DNA of 44,203 bases, the filler included, from Sphacelaria rigidula (Eukaryota): assembly GCA_964200075.2 (NCBI GenBank). It is 2 parts of 2 records of this genome, joined end to end, with 100 filler letters (N's around TTAATTAATTAA, not from the genome) between each part and the next. Parts side by side here need not be neighbours in the genome. Positions count along the whole stretch, not along the records: positions 1 to 22,053 come from CAXNAA020000359.1; 1 more part is not named here. One strand, written 5' to 3'. Of this stretch, positions 1-13,500 are shown piece by piece. Position 1 is the first letter of the stretch, and each line of letters begins with the position of its first letter. The notes below the pieces were generated by a model. The model did not search any database. It was given only the letters and a program-made list of their open reading frames with translations, and was not told the DNA's origin. The translations under genes and the position numbers were made by a program.

Positions 1-676
1 GCTGCATCCTGCTGAGATTGTTCGGCCCGAAGCCTACTGATTATCTTGCATTTGGATGACAGCCTATGCTGGGGGGTTCCCCTTTATCCGTTGAGACTCG
101 AGTCCTGCGTATTCTGTCTTCGTAGCCCCCTATACATATCATGCTAGTTTTCGTGCGTTTAAAGCGCTTCTTCCATACCAACACTTGTTGTTTTACGCTT
201 CTTGTGGCGGGTATCTTCATGATAAGTTGCGACTAGTTCGTTTTTCAGATCAAACGGAAACCAAGAGCACAATGCACGACCACGAGAAAACAGAATAGAG
301 CAACTGTTGCTTGTATAGCCGCAAGCATTCGCCGCCAAGAACCCAAAATTGCGACAATCGTTGTTCCACCCAGTTACCTGAAAAATACACCAAATCCTCG
401 ACTACATTTTTCCCTTTGGCTTGCCCTGCACATCGCCGGTACTGCAGTCCTATAGGGTGCAATGGTCACGAAATGGAATTTGTGCCGTAGCGCTATCGGG
501 AGTTGTGAGTACCTTTTCGCGAAGAGCAGAGGGCGGCTTTCATCGATGTCTCAGGCAATGACTTGGAATACTCCGGACCTGTTTACGCTACTTTTGTTGT
601 ATCCTAAGGCGGAATCGTTGTCGACCTTAGTCTTCGCATCTCGATGTATGCGGGTGCGGACCTCTCCTATAAGCAG

Positions 677-3252
677 AGGCGGCAGCAGCAGCAGCAGCAG
701 CAGCGTTAGGAGCAACAGCAGCGGACATGTCGACCAGCCGGAGGTAATTCTCAGGTGACCTGGAGACTCACGATTGCTGTTCTTTTTTCTACAACAAGCT
801 CGTGAACCGGGTACCGTTCGCTTCGACACAAATCTCCACAAGCTAACATAAACCCCCACAAGCTAGTATTTATCAGTAGGCCTAAGAACGAGGAGGCTGG
901 ATCAACCCGCCACAGGCAAGTTACCGTACATGCCATTTTTTACCGTACGTGCCATACGTAGCAACGGGAATGCCACATGGGAAAATAGATCTCACTTGAT
1001 CAAAGCGTCGGCGATTTCTCGTTTTGGCACGTACGTGCATTCACACGCAGGCTTCGAGCCCAGGTGTCAAGCATGCAGAGGGAGTTTCGCCGCAGGGAGG
1101 CGATACAACAGGGCCGGTATGAAACCGTCATCACCAGACTCGCACGGGAGGTGAAGATACACCGCGGTTATCACGTGCGCTCTGTCACGTGAAACATGGA
1201 TGCACTTTTAGTTCGTTGTGTTGGGTGTCCGGCGAAAACTGACTTTCTGTTGTTTCCCCGCTCTGTGTGGGCTACACCTTCAGCGTCGCCGGTTTACGAA
1301 ACCAATTGGCACAGTGTCATCTACTACTGTTTACCGCGTTGTATCCAACAATAGTTGGCTGCTTTTCCCTGCTCGCAGGTGGGCTTGCCGACCATGCCAC
1401 AAGCAAGTGAGCTATTTGTGCGCTCTTAGACATGAGAGGTAGTCAATGCAGTATTGCTTGAGGATCTACTCTAGAGAAAAGTTGTGGCAGCTCCGGTGGA
1501 GGTAACAGGAAACTACGCAATGTACCGCGATGCATTGATTTTGGATGACTGAATACCTTCATAATTCCTTGCTTACATCCTGTTCCCTACACTGATCGCG
1601 ATGCAGCTGGACTACGCCAGACACAAGTCGTCTCCCGTCGAAAAAGGATTTCACGAGTCTTGCTCCGAACAGAGCAACCAGGTCCCTAAAACATTACCCC
1701 ATATGGGACCGCGGATGACTACCAGCCAAGAAGGTTTCAGGCTTGGCGCGACCCCATGTTCATGTGTGGGGACACCATCTATCTCAGATGTTGCCGGAGA
1801 TGGTCCGAGTACGGACGGACAAACAGACGGCACTGGTAGTAGTGTAGGGGAAGGTGGGGATATCGCTGCTATGACATGTAGTAGTACGCAGGCACCACAG
1901 GACAGTATCAACGATGTTATCGTCGACGATAATTGCCTTGAGGAGGAGAGCATGGGTGATGAGTGCTTTACTCCGCAAAACCAGGGCGATACAGGTCGAA
2001 GTATCGCCGTGATGCGTCAACCAGCGGCTCCATTTTATTTATCAGATTTCGTAAAATCAGACTTGGATGCTGCTTGGGACGCTATCCGTGTTGCTGTGCT
2101 GGCGCTCGAAGAGGTAGAGGAGAACGGAGCGGAGTTCATGAGGCAAGCACAGCAGGGAGGATTACCCCGCGAGGTCGCCGATTCGACGGCGGAGCGTGTG
2201 AGTACTTCGAGAAAATCTAGTGACGCCAAAAAGGCAGATGTGGACCATACTCGAGATGCTGTGCAATCGAAAGACGTGAAGCAGATATTACGTAGAGTAG
2301 CGGAGAAGCGGACTCTCTGCAAAAGCGCCCTGGATGAGGCAAAGACGATGCTCTCGGACTTGAGGCAGGAGAATTCGAGGTGAGCCAGGGAGGCAACGGT
2401 AGAGTACAATACGCCCATGATGTGGGCGTCAGTGATCACTTCTCAACAAGTTCGACGGCTTGTCGTTCAGGTACATAGTGGGAAATCGGTAGCATTGGTT
2501 GTACTGTCGATGTGTCAACCACATTTTTGTAAGAGACATTACGGGTAGCTTGGTGTTGTTACACACCGATCGGTCGCGCTGTCGTGTGAATGCCACGTAT
2601 CGCCACTACAGTATTCTCAACCCTGCTCATAGTGGTTCAGGTGATGGAGCGTTCAAGGTAGACATGCGCTCCACCACCGCCGCAAGTTGTGCCCGGACTA
2701 AATATAGAAGATATCATTGTCTTGCGTCATCAGGGTGAGCGAATATGCGGGATCAAAAGAGAATCGTGCGCACCCTTGTATCGTTGCTAATCTAATTTGA
2801 GCCTTGAAGCAACCATTGCGTGTGAGCTTTTGCCCCAAGTTGGAGTATTATGGCACACAAGACACCGTGAATAACACGCGTCTTTCATGCGAACCGCGCG
2901 CTCTTATTGCATTTTCCTTGATATTCATTTCAGTTTCAAGCAAGCCGCTCAGGCGGAGATTGCTCTGCGGCAGGAGCGTGAAGTGGAGGTACAACGACTG
3001 CGTGGGGCACTCCGGCATCTTTTGGCCGACGGTGAAGACCTCAACAGCACTCTAAAGGCGGCGGCCGCGATCGGTAACAACAGCGGACTCAGTCTGTCTT
3101 CCGCAGGAGGAACCTCTGAGGATACTTCACGACGACATCACCAAATCTCGTGTCAACATTCAGACCATCGGTGGGGTTCGCATCTCAACCAAGGGGGAAA
3201 TTCCACGTTGGCGACTGAACAAGACAGAGTAGAGGGAGAGAGCGGGCGCTGA
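677..3252 (+). CDS. Multi-exon gene (3' part) encoding an uncharacterised protein with acidic low-complexity and coiled-coil regions; 5' end uncertain
   Basis: Frame-consistent exons with AG/GT borders: 1051-1150 (RLRAQVSSMQREFRRREAIQQGRYETVITRLARE), 1607-2379 (LDYARHK...LSDLRQENS) and 2934-3252 (FKQAAQAEIALRQEREVEVQRLRGALRHLL...stop). Tentative upstream exons are 677-743 (poly-Ala from the GCA repeat) and 880-915 (GC donor). Helical, E/R/A/Q-rich segments. No family recognised. Confidence 0.65.
680..722 (+). repeat. (GCA/CAG)n trinucleotide microsatellite
   Basis: ggcagcagcagcagcagcagcagc...agcaacagcagc seen directly. Confidence 0.85.
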
Positions 3253-4547
3253 AGGCTTTCATATTTGAGGAGGGGGATAAAGCCAAGCTGGGAAGTTTGC
3301 AATTTTTTGTTTTTACAAGTCAGGCTGTAGTTGCTCCTTAACCCAAGCAGCAGGCGACAAGCAGCAGGCGACATTGTGTTGATTCTCGGGTCTGAAGCAG
3401 GCGACATTGGCTTCGCGTGGACTGCATCATGTGGACTCTTCGAGAAAGCCACAGTATATTCCCTCAAAATCCGCTACAGATTTTCGACTCCAGTCCTGAC
3501 TCACCGGATACAGCGAAATGGGCGGATGCTTGCCCGTGTGCGTCTGAACTGCTCGATCGGGTCGCGCTTGTTTGTCTACTGTCGGCAAAGGCAATCACCG
3601 TACGGGCAATAGTCGAGTTACCAACAGCTCAACCATGCAGACGACATGAACCTGACCTAATTTAAGCCGAATGTGTGAAAGAACAACTTCAAGGAAAACG
3701 AAAATTTACTGGCAGCATGGCATCCGTCATCTGGTCTACTCTAACCGTACTCTACATTTGACGAAATAGCGGGACAGGACAACACTACGTCGCGTCTTCA
3801 GCTTGTCAACGTATCGAAGACCGCCATTCGCTGCCACAGTACACTACTACTGTACTACCGCATACAAGGTTCACCGGGATGCCTTCTCGGTACTGCTATA
3901 CTTCATCGTGCCATATTTTGCTACTTCTCTTCATCATTCACTCTAGTCTACGGCAAGGCTTCACCACCATGCTAATCCCATCCCCCCGACGATGTTCAAT
4001 CCGTCGGACTCTCCCTCTTCAGTCTCACGTACTTGCAAAATATCACTATTGGCAGTAGAGAAACCTTTCAAGCGATTTTTGACGTAAAGGAACAATTGTC
4101 ATGTAAACTACTTCGAGACAGTGCACTCCGTTTGACTTGTTTGCTCCGCTCATGCTAGCTTTGTACGCGGGCTTGGCCAAGAACGGTGTGCAGTATCGCT
4201 ATACACGTGGTCGGCGTCTCTACCTAACTTTCATTTCACAGTCTGGCTTTGATATACCACCCGATTCCCCCTCCCACTGACCTCCGAACTAGATTCCAAA
4301 CGTATTTTAAAAACCAACATCGCTGCAAAATTCGCACATTCCATTGCGATTCGATCGGTCACTTTTGTAACAGATCCAAAGCTCTGTCATCAGCAACTTC
4401 ATAGCTATCTTTACTGTGTTCTATTACCGTTCCAACTCTGAAGCGGAACGGATCTATCTCTGAGCGTTGGGCACCCCCCCCCTTTCATTTTCGCTTCTTG
4501 TTTTCTTTGTTCCCACCACCAGGACATGCGAGCATTATTCCTCCTTT

Positions 4548-7500
4548 TCATATTGAGCCGTGTTTTTGCCGATTCTTTTCTCCCGCGTCTTGTCCGTGGC
4601 CGCTGCCTTCACGTATCAGGCGATACGCCCCGCCCTTCTCAAAGTGCTCCGGTAACAGATTTTCTCTAGTGACCATACCCAACACTTCATTGTAGTGGTT
4701 TACTACGACCAAGTGGCGGAGTCCCAACGTGCGAAACATGATATACGCTCGCTGCGCGGAGGCATGCTCTGTCGAGTAACGTCGCAGCAAGGGAGGGGGG
4801 GACGAAGGAGTCCTTCATTACCACGCGGAGGGTCATGGGGGTTAAGGGCTGTTCTTAGGCGCTGGGGGGACCGCGAATCTTGTGCGCATTTCCCACGTAC
4901 TTGCACGCTTCATATGAACGTTTTTCTCGTCCCCTTGTCTGTGTTTCGGACGCATGCACACCCCTTTGTCCGAGGCTGTGCCAATTTTCCGTTTTCAGAT
5001 ACCAATGCTCGCACGTGTACCCCCGAAAGTCAGTACTGTTGCAGGCTTTATGCAGGTTGGTGCTCGCACAGTGTAGGTACACTGCACACACCACCACTGT
5101 TGCGCTGCACTGTAGATTCGACTTCGCTGTTAGTTGGGGGGAACATGATGATGTTGGGCGCTTGGAGTGCTGATGCGACACATTGGGATAGAATGTGGAA
5201 CGTAGTACGTGCGTCAATACCATAAAATCATGAAACTATCGTCTTCATATTGTCCTCCGCAGGGGTTAGCGAAGCCTTCGGTACGTCGAAATCAGTCCCA
5301 ACGTTTCGAGCGGATCTATGGCCACAGAGGGATATAGCACTCTTGTCCCACAGTAGTGCTGCAGTACATTAGGGTATCACCCGGACAAGAGGCACGCAGC
5401 CATCGAGCGAACATGTTGTGTGCTTGCTTCTCCGTGGCTCATTCAGTGGACCGTGTACAGGGCAGGCGTCCAATGGCAATGAAAATCTTGTCGAAGCTTT
5501 CATGGTTCGTGAGTAGTAATTATCTTCTCCGTCTTTACGATTGTCCTCGAGACATATCTTCGCAATCGTCCTCGAGGGACAACTCTTTACCGTGACGTCA
5601 AGCACAAGGCCAACATTTACTATCGCTGTCGTACGATCGAACAACAATTGCATCAGTATCTTGCGTTACACAACTAAACGCGCTCGAGGTGCGCGACCCT
5701 GTAAAACCGGCCCTGAGACTCAGTCATTGACAGCATGTGTCTGCCGACGTGCGGGATGGATAGGTGGCACATTTGACGTTCGCGTACTCACCGTTGATAA
5801 CGTGGGGACCGATCTGTACATAGGGCGCGATGTCCATCAGACAGTCCATGTCGGCTTCCCGAATCTTGAGCTCGTTCACCTTGGGGTAGTTAGGGTATAG
5901 GCTTTCCAAGGTGTGCCAGGACAGCTCGGGTAAGGATTGATCCGGCCTGGGAAACGATCAAGAAAATGTGGAGCAAAAGCGGAAGGTGTCATACTTCACA
6001 CCACACGTATCATCGCGACCATGCTAATAGAAAGAGAGGAATCAAACGAACAAACCAACGACGACGCAAATGGGCGCACCCCGACACTCGACAGCCACTA
6101 CGCGCTATTACCTGCACTTCTAGCTTGTGTTCCGCTCCTTTCTCCCTTATTTTTCTCCCCGCCCCACTGTACTACTATATTTTATCGTAATTTGTCGTTG
6201 GGCTGACAAGTGTATTATCTGGTTTTCTCCTCGCGTCCGGTTGCCTCTGCTCATATCTAACACGTATGTGTGTGCACCAGTAATAGTGGCCGCCGTGGTT
6301 TGGTGGTCTAATCGGCACAACCGACACAATTCCAAAACCATGGAGGGCGAAACGTTATGGTTTTGAACCCCAGCAGGTATATGTCCGGGGTGTTTCACTG
6401 AGAAGTGTCTGATTTTTGTATTAAAAATGTGAGAACATGATCAGCAAATAAAACGTACTTGACGACGGTCGATGCGGTGCGGGAGTAACGATGGTCATGA
6501 TCCAATCTGCGACACCAAAATGTAAGTGAGGCGTGTGCCGGGGGAGGGGGAGAGGGGGGAGGGAGAGGGATGTGTCGATTGATGCCTTGAGGCTGCGGAC
6601 ACAGGCTAAGGAACGGGGGAGGTCAAGCGTAGTATGATGAAAAATAGAGGACTTATCACTAGCTCTTGCTAGCTCTTTTAGCTTCATTAGCAGGCCATCG
6701 CTCGTTTTTTCACCGCACAACATCTATGTCGATGGTGTCTTCTTGTAAGGAGTGATGATCATATGCATCGCTGCCCGCAAATCTCACATCTTTCGAGTGT
6801 GAGTTTGGATATAAGGGCTAAGTGATGGAAAATAAAAAACACTTTATCGGAACTTTGTCTGCCGTCAAAATGCGTTTGATCGCCGCTTTGCTCTGTTCGG
6901 GCTACTCGGGGCATTGGAAGACTGGTCAAATCCCACGCTGATTTACCCAGGTAGAATGCTCGGTGTGTGAGTATTGCTCCGGGTGAGCGATTCCCTCCTC
7001 GGGACTATTTCTCGCAGCAGTTTGTTTTTTGCGAATTTCACATGAGTGCAACTTACAGGCGACTTTTTTGCACTGAACGCAAGGGGTGGTATATCTTTCA
7101 GTTCCGACACCACACCCGAAATACTCCGATAGTGTAGGCCCAAACTTCGCGCGCGGGGGGGGATGGGGGAGGGGAGGTACCCCAAAATCAGATTATTGGG
7201 CTGCCAGACGTGGCCAGACTTCCGAAAATGAAGTTGGTTTACTTCTTGGCAGAATGTTCCTAGAGTCGGAGCTAGAATTCACACTGATTGCGAGACTTTA
7301 GCACGAGTTGCCCGCAAGTCAGGATGGTTGAACTAGTGTGGTGATCAAAAACAAACCATAGAGGCGGCTGTGGCTGATGAGAGCCTTGATACTGCTTCAA
7401 CGTTGTTTTTTGGGCAGTATAAAATTTTTACCGTAAGACCGAAAAATGGTGTGAAGATGGTGTGTGTGCATTTGTGTGTGCCAGAACTGGGAGATATATC

Positions 7501-10500
7501 AACCCCCGGTACACGGCAGAATTGTCTAGCAGGCACATCCAGGTACGTGCAACTTACAACTTTGGGGGTCGGAAAAACTCTGCATGCGGGCTCTATACAG
7601 CGAGGAACCCCACGCACGTCCTGACTCAGAGCTTCTACGGTGACCGTAAGAACCATGGATGCCCTCACATCCACCAACGGATAATGGCGGGTGCAGTGCA
7701 GGGACTGCTCCTCTCCTCTGTCTAGTGATGTGTACGGGCTCCTAGTTTCGTATCATAGTCTGCACCTCATATCCGAGGAGGCAGGTGTATGTATGTTAGG
7801 GCACCTCATGGCCCCTTCTGCTCCAGAGATGTTTGGCATCTAATTCACATGAATAGTTATTTCCCAAGTAGACTCTTCCGACATGCTCACCTCGTGGGAT
7901 CTTGCTTTGATGCGGCTGTGAAATGCCTGTGCTTCAGGAGAACCAGCAGATTTTTCCTGTCCCGCGAAGTAGGGCGGAAAGGCGATCATCACGTTCTCGG
8001 TATTGCGTTCGTTTGAGATTGGAAAAAATGGTGTGTCATATAACGATGGAGGAAGGAATACTCAGAAGACTGTGCACGAGTATGGTCCAGGAGCGATCAG
8101 GCAGTCTCTCAGAAAGCAAGGCGGTCTGCTGCAAACGCTACCAGCAGAGGGACGTGGGGCCGTCAAGTGGTGCACGAGACGTTGCGCGGCCATGTGCGTC
8201 CACTCGGAAATGATATTTGCTGCGCTCAACTTCCGCGATTGCACACCTGTGAACCGTCCCTAGCAACACCCTTTGGTCGCAGTCTTCCACAACTGGAAAG
8301 CAGTTGTGATCATAATCGCGAAGTGCCGACATCATCGCAGAGACAGTCTCGATAGGCCGTAGGCACACCACCTGGGTCACGCGACGATGAGCAGCAGGAG
8401 GCAAGCCGAGCGAGAGTATAGATTGAACACTACGCAGGGACGACGTTTGAAGCGATGTACATAAAACACGACGGGAAAAGTTGGGGGGAGCATACAGACA
8501 GCGGTACCATTGTGAATGCTTCGTGAACGTAGTCTGCGGTCGTTCAAGAATTGCACCCCATGATTCGTAGAACCTCTCTTTCACATAGTGGACTGAAGTA
8601 GGTTCAGGTGCTCAAGTGTATGTGGGCATGTCGACCCTCATACATTTTTTCCCTGATTTTTTTCGCCTTCTAGTCTCCCACGTATTGGTGCCCAGAGCCC
8701 GTGCAAAGCTGAGTCGAAACGCTGCCTAAAATCATCGTCGTGGTAGGCATGACAAACACGTACTCAACAGAACGTTGACTGACGCTTGCACGCTTGAAGT
8801 TCGACGTTCTCACACTGTCTGCGTCGTCCAACTGCATACCTCCTTCGACATGAGCTGGTGAGCACGCATGTTTTGGGCTCTGGTCTCCTCCGGCGGCTCT
8901 TGCTCCAAGAACGGCATCTTCCTAATGCGTATCTTGTTGTCGTAGATGCCCTCGTTGAAGTGGTTGCCGACCGTTCTCGCCGTGATCAACACCAACATCA
9001 GCGGGATCACGAACTACAAGCACGTCCACAGTTCATCGTGCATCGCGACAAGTGGACGAGCGACGGCGCATGACTGCGAGATTCAGTGACGTTTTCCCCA
9101 GGAGTGAGGGCTGAATTTGTATGTACAATACGCATAAATACAAACATCAGTACATTCTGTGGCACTCGCGGAGACCCCGGGGATTCTCTGACCGTTACCC
9201 CATTCAGCGGTGTCTAAGACTTGGGTATTATCCCCATTTCCAGCCGGTAGCGTTCTGTGTGAATCTCATCACATGTTGCGTTGGCGGAGGTCAGCCCAAG
9301 TATAGAATCACGTAAAGCTTCACGCAGTATTTTCATTAGTGGTATAGTCTAGTGTATCGATGGCGGTATTGGTGTCTCACCAATACCCATCCCGACGCCT
9401 CCACCAGCATGACCGTCAAACTCAAAGTCATCCTGGTAATACCCCCGAGAACACCCGTGGCTCCGATAAGTGCGTAGGCCCGTGCATTTTGTCCGAGGAG
9501 ATTCCCGAATCCTCGGCCTACAGTCGCGAACACGATGTCAGAAGAGGGGAGCGAGGGGTGACGGTATGCGTGATGACGTAACTTGATGCTCAACGACGCT
9601 GAAAACGGCATCGGTTTGAAGTTCAACAGGAATTGGTCAGGTGCATGTACTAACGGTAAGAAATGCAGTAAACAAGATGTTACGTGTTCCACTCTCCGGA
9701 TAACCCCTTCATCCTTGACGTGTGATGTATAATTGTTTGGAGGGAGAGGGTCGGAAGCGGGAACTACTTGACCTACGATATATCAGCAATCCACGGAGCA
9801 CAAGCAGTACCCCGCAGAATAAGATCGCGTTCAACAGTTCGGCCGTGCAAAATCCGTTGTCCTGAGTACCTGTGGTGTCTCACATTCGGTCCCTTACTCG
9901 AACAATCACCAGGATTTTCCACTACATAAAGGCCAACTCTTATGGGAGCGTTTGAAATTTTATTTTGCAACAACTTCAGAGGATTTTTTTTTCTCTGTCA
10001 TCATGGTGAGCGGGCACAAAATACACAACTACGGCATAGAAGAAAAAAAGTCGTTTAAAATGATTGCAAAACGAAATTCTAAACCCTTCCATAAGATTTG
10101 GTCTAAATGCAAATATTTCAGCTCGCTACTGTAGCACCTCTGGTAAAAATGCGACAACAGAAACGGTATTCATTGCCATGCCATGTCTTACCCATGGCGG
10201 CTCCGGCCAAGAGGGTCGGAATGAAGAGCCCAGAGCAAACCCAGGTGCCGATGGTCATACACTCCATTATAATAAACACAGCAGAAAATACCAACACCGT
10301 GGCCGGCTTCAACCCTGGCTCTCCGAAGTGGAAGAGCAGCTTTATCGCCCGATCTTGCTCGTTCAGGAACAGGGTTCCCATCTGAAATACAAAGACGATT
10401 GAAGAATGGGCAATTGGAGTTGCTGGCACATGTAAGCGACAACAGCGTTCCCCATGCGACTGTTCGGAAGCTACGTACCACATTCGCAACGTTATTCTGT

Positions 10501-13500
10501 ACTTGGTACTCTCCTGCTCATGGTAGAGTGTAGTGCCAGCGATAACTCCAAGGGCCATCCGTATCCACGGTACCACACACTCGAGAGTACAGGGTGTGCG
10601 CGCTATCCTGAGCGTGTAAGCGCCGTAAGCGAGTAGTGTGCGGTATGCGTCTCGTAACGTGCGCAAGTGGTATAGATCGGTTGTTGATTCCAAAGCGGGC
10701 AATTTCTTGCCTCGTTGTAGTAGCCGTCGTGGCAGTTGAGCGTGACCAAGTGATGCAAACTATCTATCCCGGCCAGCGACCAGTCTTCGACGTCCGTGGG
10801 TATCGGCCGGCACTCTCCAACCGCCACAGGAAGGAAAAAAGAAATCAATGATGTAACACTGCTCACACATAGAAGCTGCACATTTGCAGGGCACAGCAAG
10901 GAAATCCAGCGACAACGAGGGTTGTGGTATACGTGTATTCACTCACTCGCTCACTCACTCACTCACTCACTCACTCACTCACTCACTCACTCACTCACAG
11001 GGGCTACGCATGATCAGGGTTCGAGATACAAGAAAAACTAGGAGTGGTGGGGGGTTGGGACGACTGAAAGAAGACCGAAACGAGCATTCCCACTTCATAG
11101 GCAGGACAGCGAAGACTTTGCACCTTTGTCGGGTCAAAGCGCTGTTTCCCGGGCAAGTATCTGGCGTGCACATGCATGCGCAAGAACGGACTGGCTGCTG
11201 ACCCCCGACCGAGGGAATGGAGTGCAGAATAGACGGACAGTGCGCCATGTTGGTCAACTATCAAGTAATTTCAGATACTGCACAATATGTACTATCCCCC
11301 ACCCCCATATTCGCCGAAACGTCCCCTGAAATAGTGATTGGGGACTAAACGCTTCTCACCATCCCAGGGGACAAAATACGGTGTGCCTCAAACAGCGTGC
11401 CATCCATCTCCGGCTACTTGTATTGTATCTCGTGTTACTACCTGTTACCGCCAGGTAGCTGGTGTTACAGTTTCTCCAAGACGATGTGTCGTTGGCGTAT
11501 CTGGAAAACGCGTGATGACTTCTCTTTATTAATCCCTCATCAATTTCCCTTTTAGCTCTCTCTTGTTGGTCACCGCACTTGGTCAACAACACTATTATCG
11601 CCTCAAAACTACTGCTGGACAATCAGAATGATCCTTGACTTTTTTGGGTGGGGTATTAAGTCGGGAGTTATTCAGGTGAAGTTCGTGGTCTTGCGCGAAC
11701 ACCGTACCTATCGAATTCTTGAACTATTGTTCTAGCATTACCTTCTGGAACCCTTTCAGAGAGCACTTGGAAACCATCCGCCGAATGCTCCGCAGCTAAT
11801 GTTCTGGGGCATCCTTCTGGTAGCCTTTCAGAGGAAACTCATAAACTATCCGCAGGATACCCCCCCGCAGCTACGTGTAGATCTACTGATGTCGCCACAA
11901 AGGCAATAAAGACCCACGGTTGCTCTCGGCCCGTCCCGTTATATACGTCTGTATGGTGGATACCACCGTGTAAGCTTAGTGTAAGCTTAGCCAGCGATTA
12001 TCTTCCGCAGCTAGTGTACCGTGTAGAGCATCTTACTCGGACATCCGTACCTGCTCTGCAGCATACGCGACTTCTACGGTACTCCAAGTTTCACTCTATC
12101 CCCTTTCGATACGTTTTACTAGAATCTAAAGGACACCCGACTATGAATGAATAATGTAATTTACATCCATCAGAGCCCCCGCGTGCTTGGCAAAAGCTTC
12201 AGGTTGAGGGGCTTGTTGAGAATTTTCGCATGCTGTTTCTGTGTCTCAACGGACAGGACGCGGGCCTTCCCCCGCCCTATCGTGTCGAGGACAATGTGGT
12301 GTTTGACGTCGATATGTCTCGTCCGGCAGCTCGAGTACTTGTTGTTGGCCAATTTGATGGCTCCTTTGCTGTCTTCCCTTATTGTGATCGCGTAGCTCTT
12401 CAACTCTGGCAGAATGAACCCCTGCATCTAGCGTCGGAAAAGGACTTCCTGCACGACATCGGATAGAACCACATATTCAGCTTCCCTTATGCTTGCAGCG
12501 ATCATCACTTGCATCCTCGAGAATCAGCTCATTAATCCTCCCCCCAGTAGCACTACTCCTGTCATTGATCGCCTGCTGTCCCGGCACGGAGCGTAGTCAG
12601 GGTCAGCGCACGCGTTCATCTCGGTTCCGCAGCATCGTGCCCGCCGTCGGTGATGTCGAGATTATGAGTCCAGTGCAGGTATTGCAGTATCTTCACCACG
12701 GTCCTATAGTGCTTCTTGCCGAAGTTTTCGCAAATCATGACGACCGTACGGGCAGCGCTTGCGGTATCAGTCGCAGCCTACATGATAGCTGCTACTGCTT
12801 CGGGGTGGTGAATATCCGGCATGTCCTTCTTTCTACTCCTTCGAAGTCTCTTGCCAGTCCGACCCCCGCTTACTGTTGCTGGTTCTATGGCGGCCATATC
12901 GATGCCGAATAATGTCGATGATCGTTCAATGATATAGATGTTGGTAAAGTTTGAATTCTCGCTTTCACGGTTTCGGGTCATGTAGCAGCGCATGTGGTAC
13001 GACGCCTTCCCCAGGCCCTTAATCTTGTACCAAGAAGTTAGTTCCTCCGTGAAAGACTCCATCATCTCTGACGTCGTGATCAGGGGAGGACGTCGTCCAC
13101 GCCAACAACGAGGATCGCCATGACCCCCTCGTGCTGAGCTTTCGGCAAACGCAGGGGTCGGCGTGCGATTGCTCGAAGTCCACTTCTAGCAGCGGACGGA
13201 CCATACTAGGCCGTAGATCGCTTTGTTTAGCCTTCCCACCGCGTTCGGGAACTTCCGGTATTCTTCCGGTAGCTCGATGTAGATTTTGGTGTTGATGTCG
13301 GCCATCAGCTGAGCTTGGTCAAAGTCAAGGTGGAGCGTCTCCATGTCGTTGAGTGCCCCAGGTGCTAGTGCCATGCGGATGCTTGCCGCCGTCGCTATAG
13401 ATGATGACTGTGTGGTGCAGTCCTCTGATCTGCCTGTATCACTGGGTGTCAAGACGATACTTGTGTTTCCACCACCTCGCCGTGTATCCCGATCTTACTG

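Noticed and set aside
10796..11201. ORFs with THSL repeats
   Set aside because: Translation artefact of the (ACTC)n microsatellite in a CLC intron
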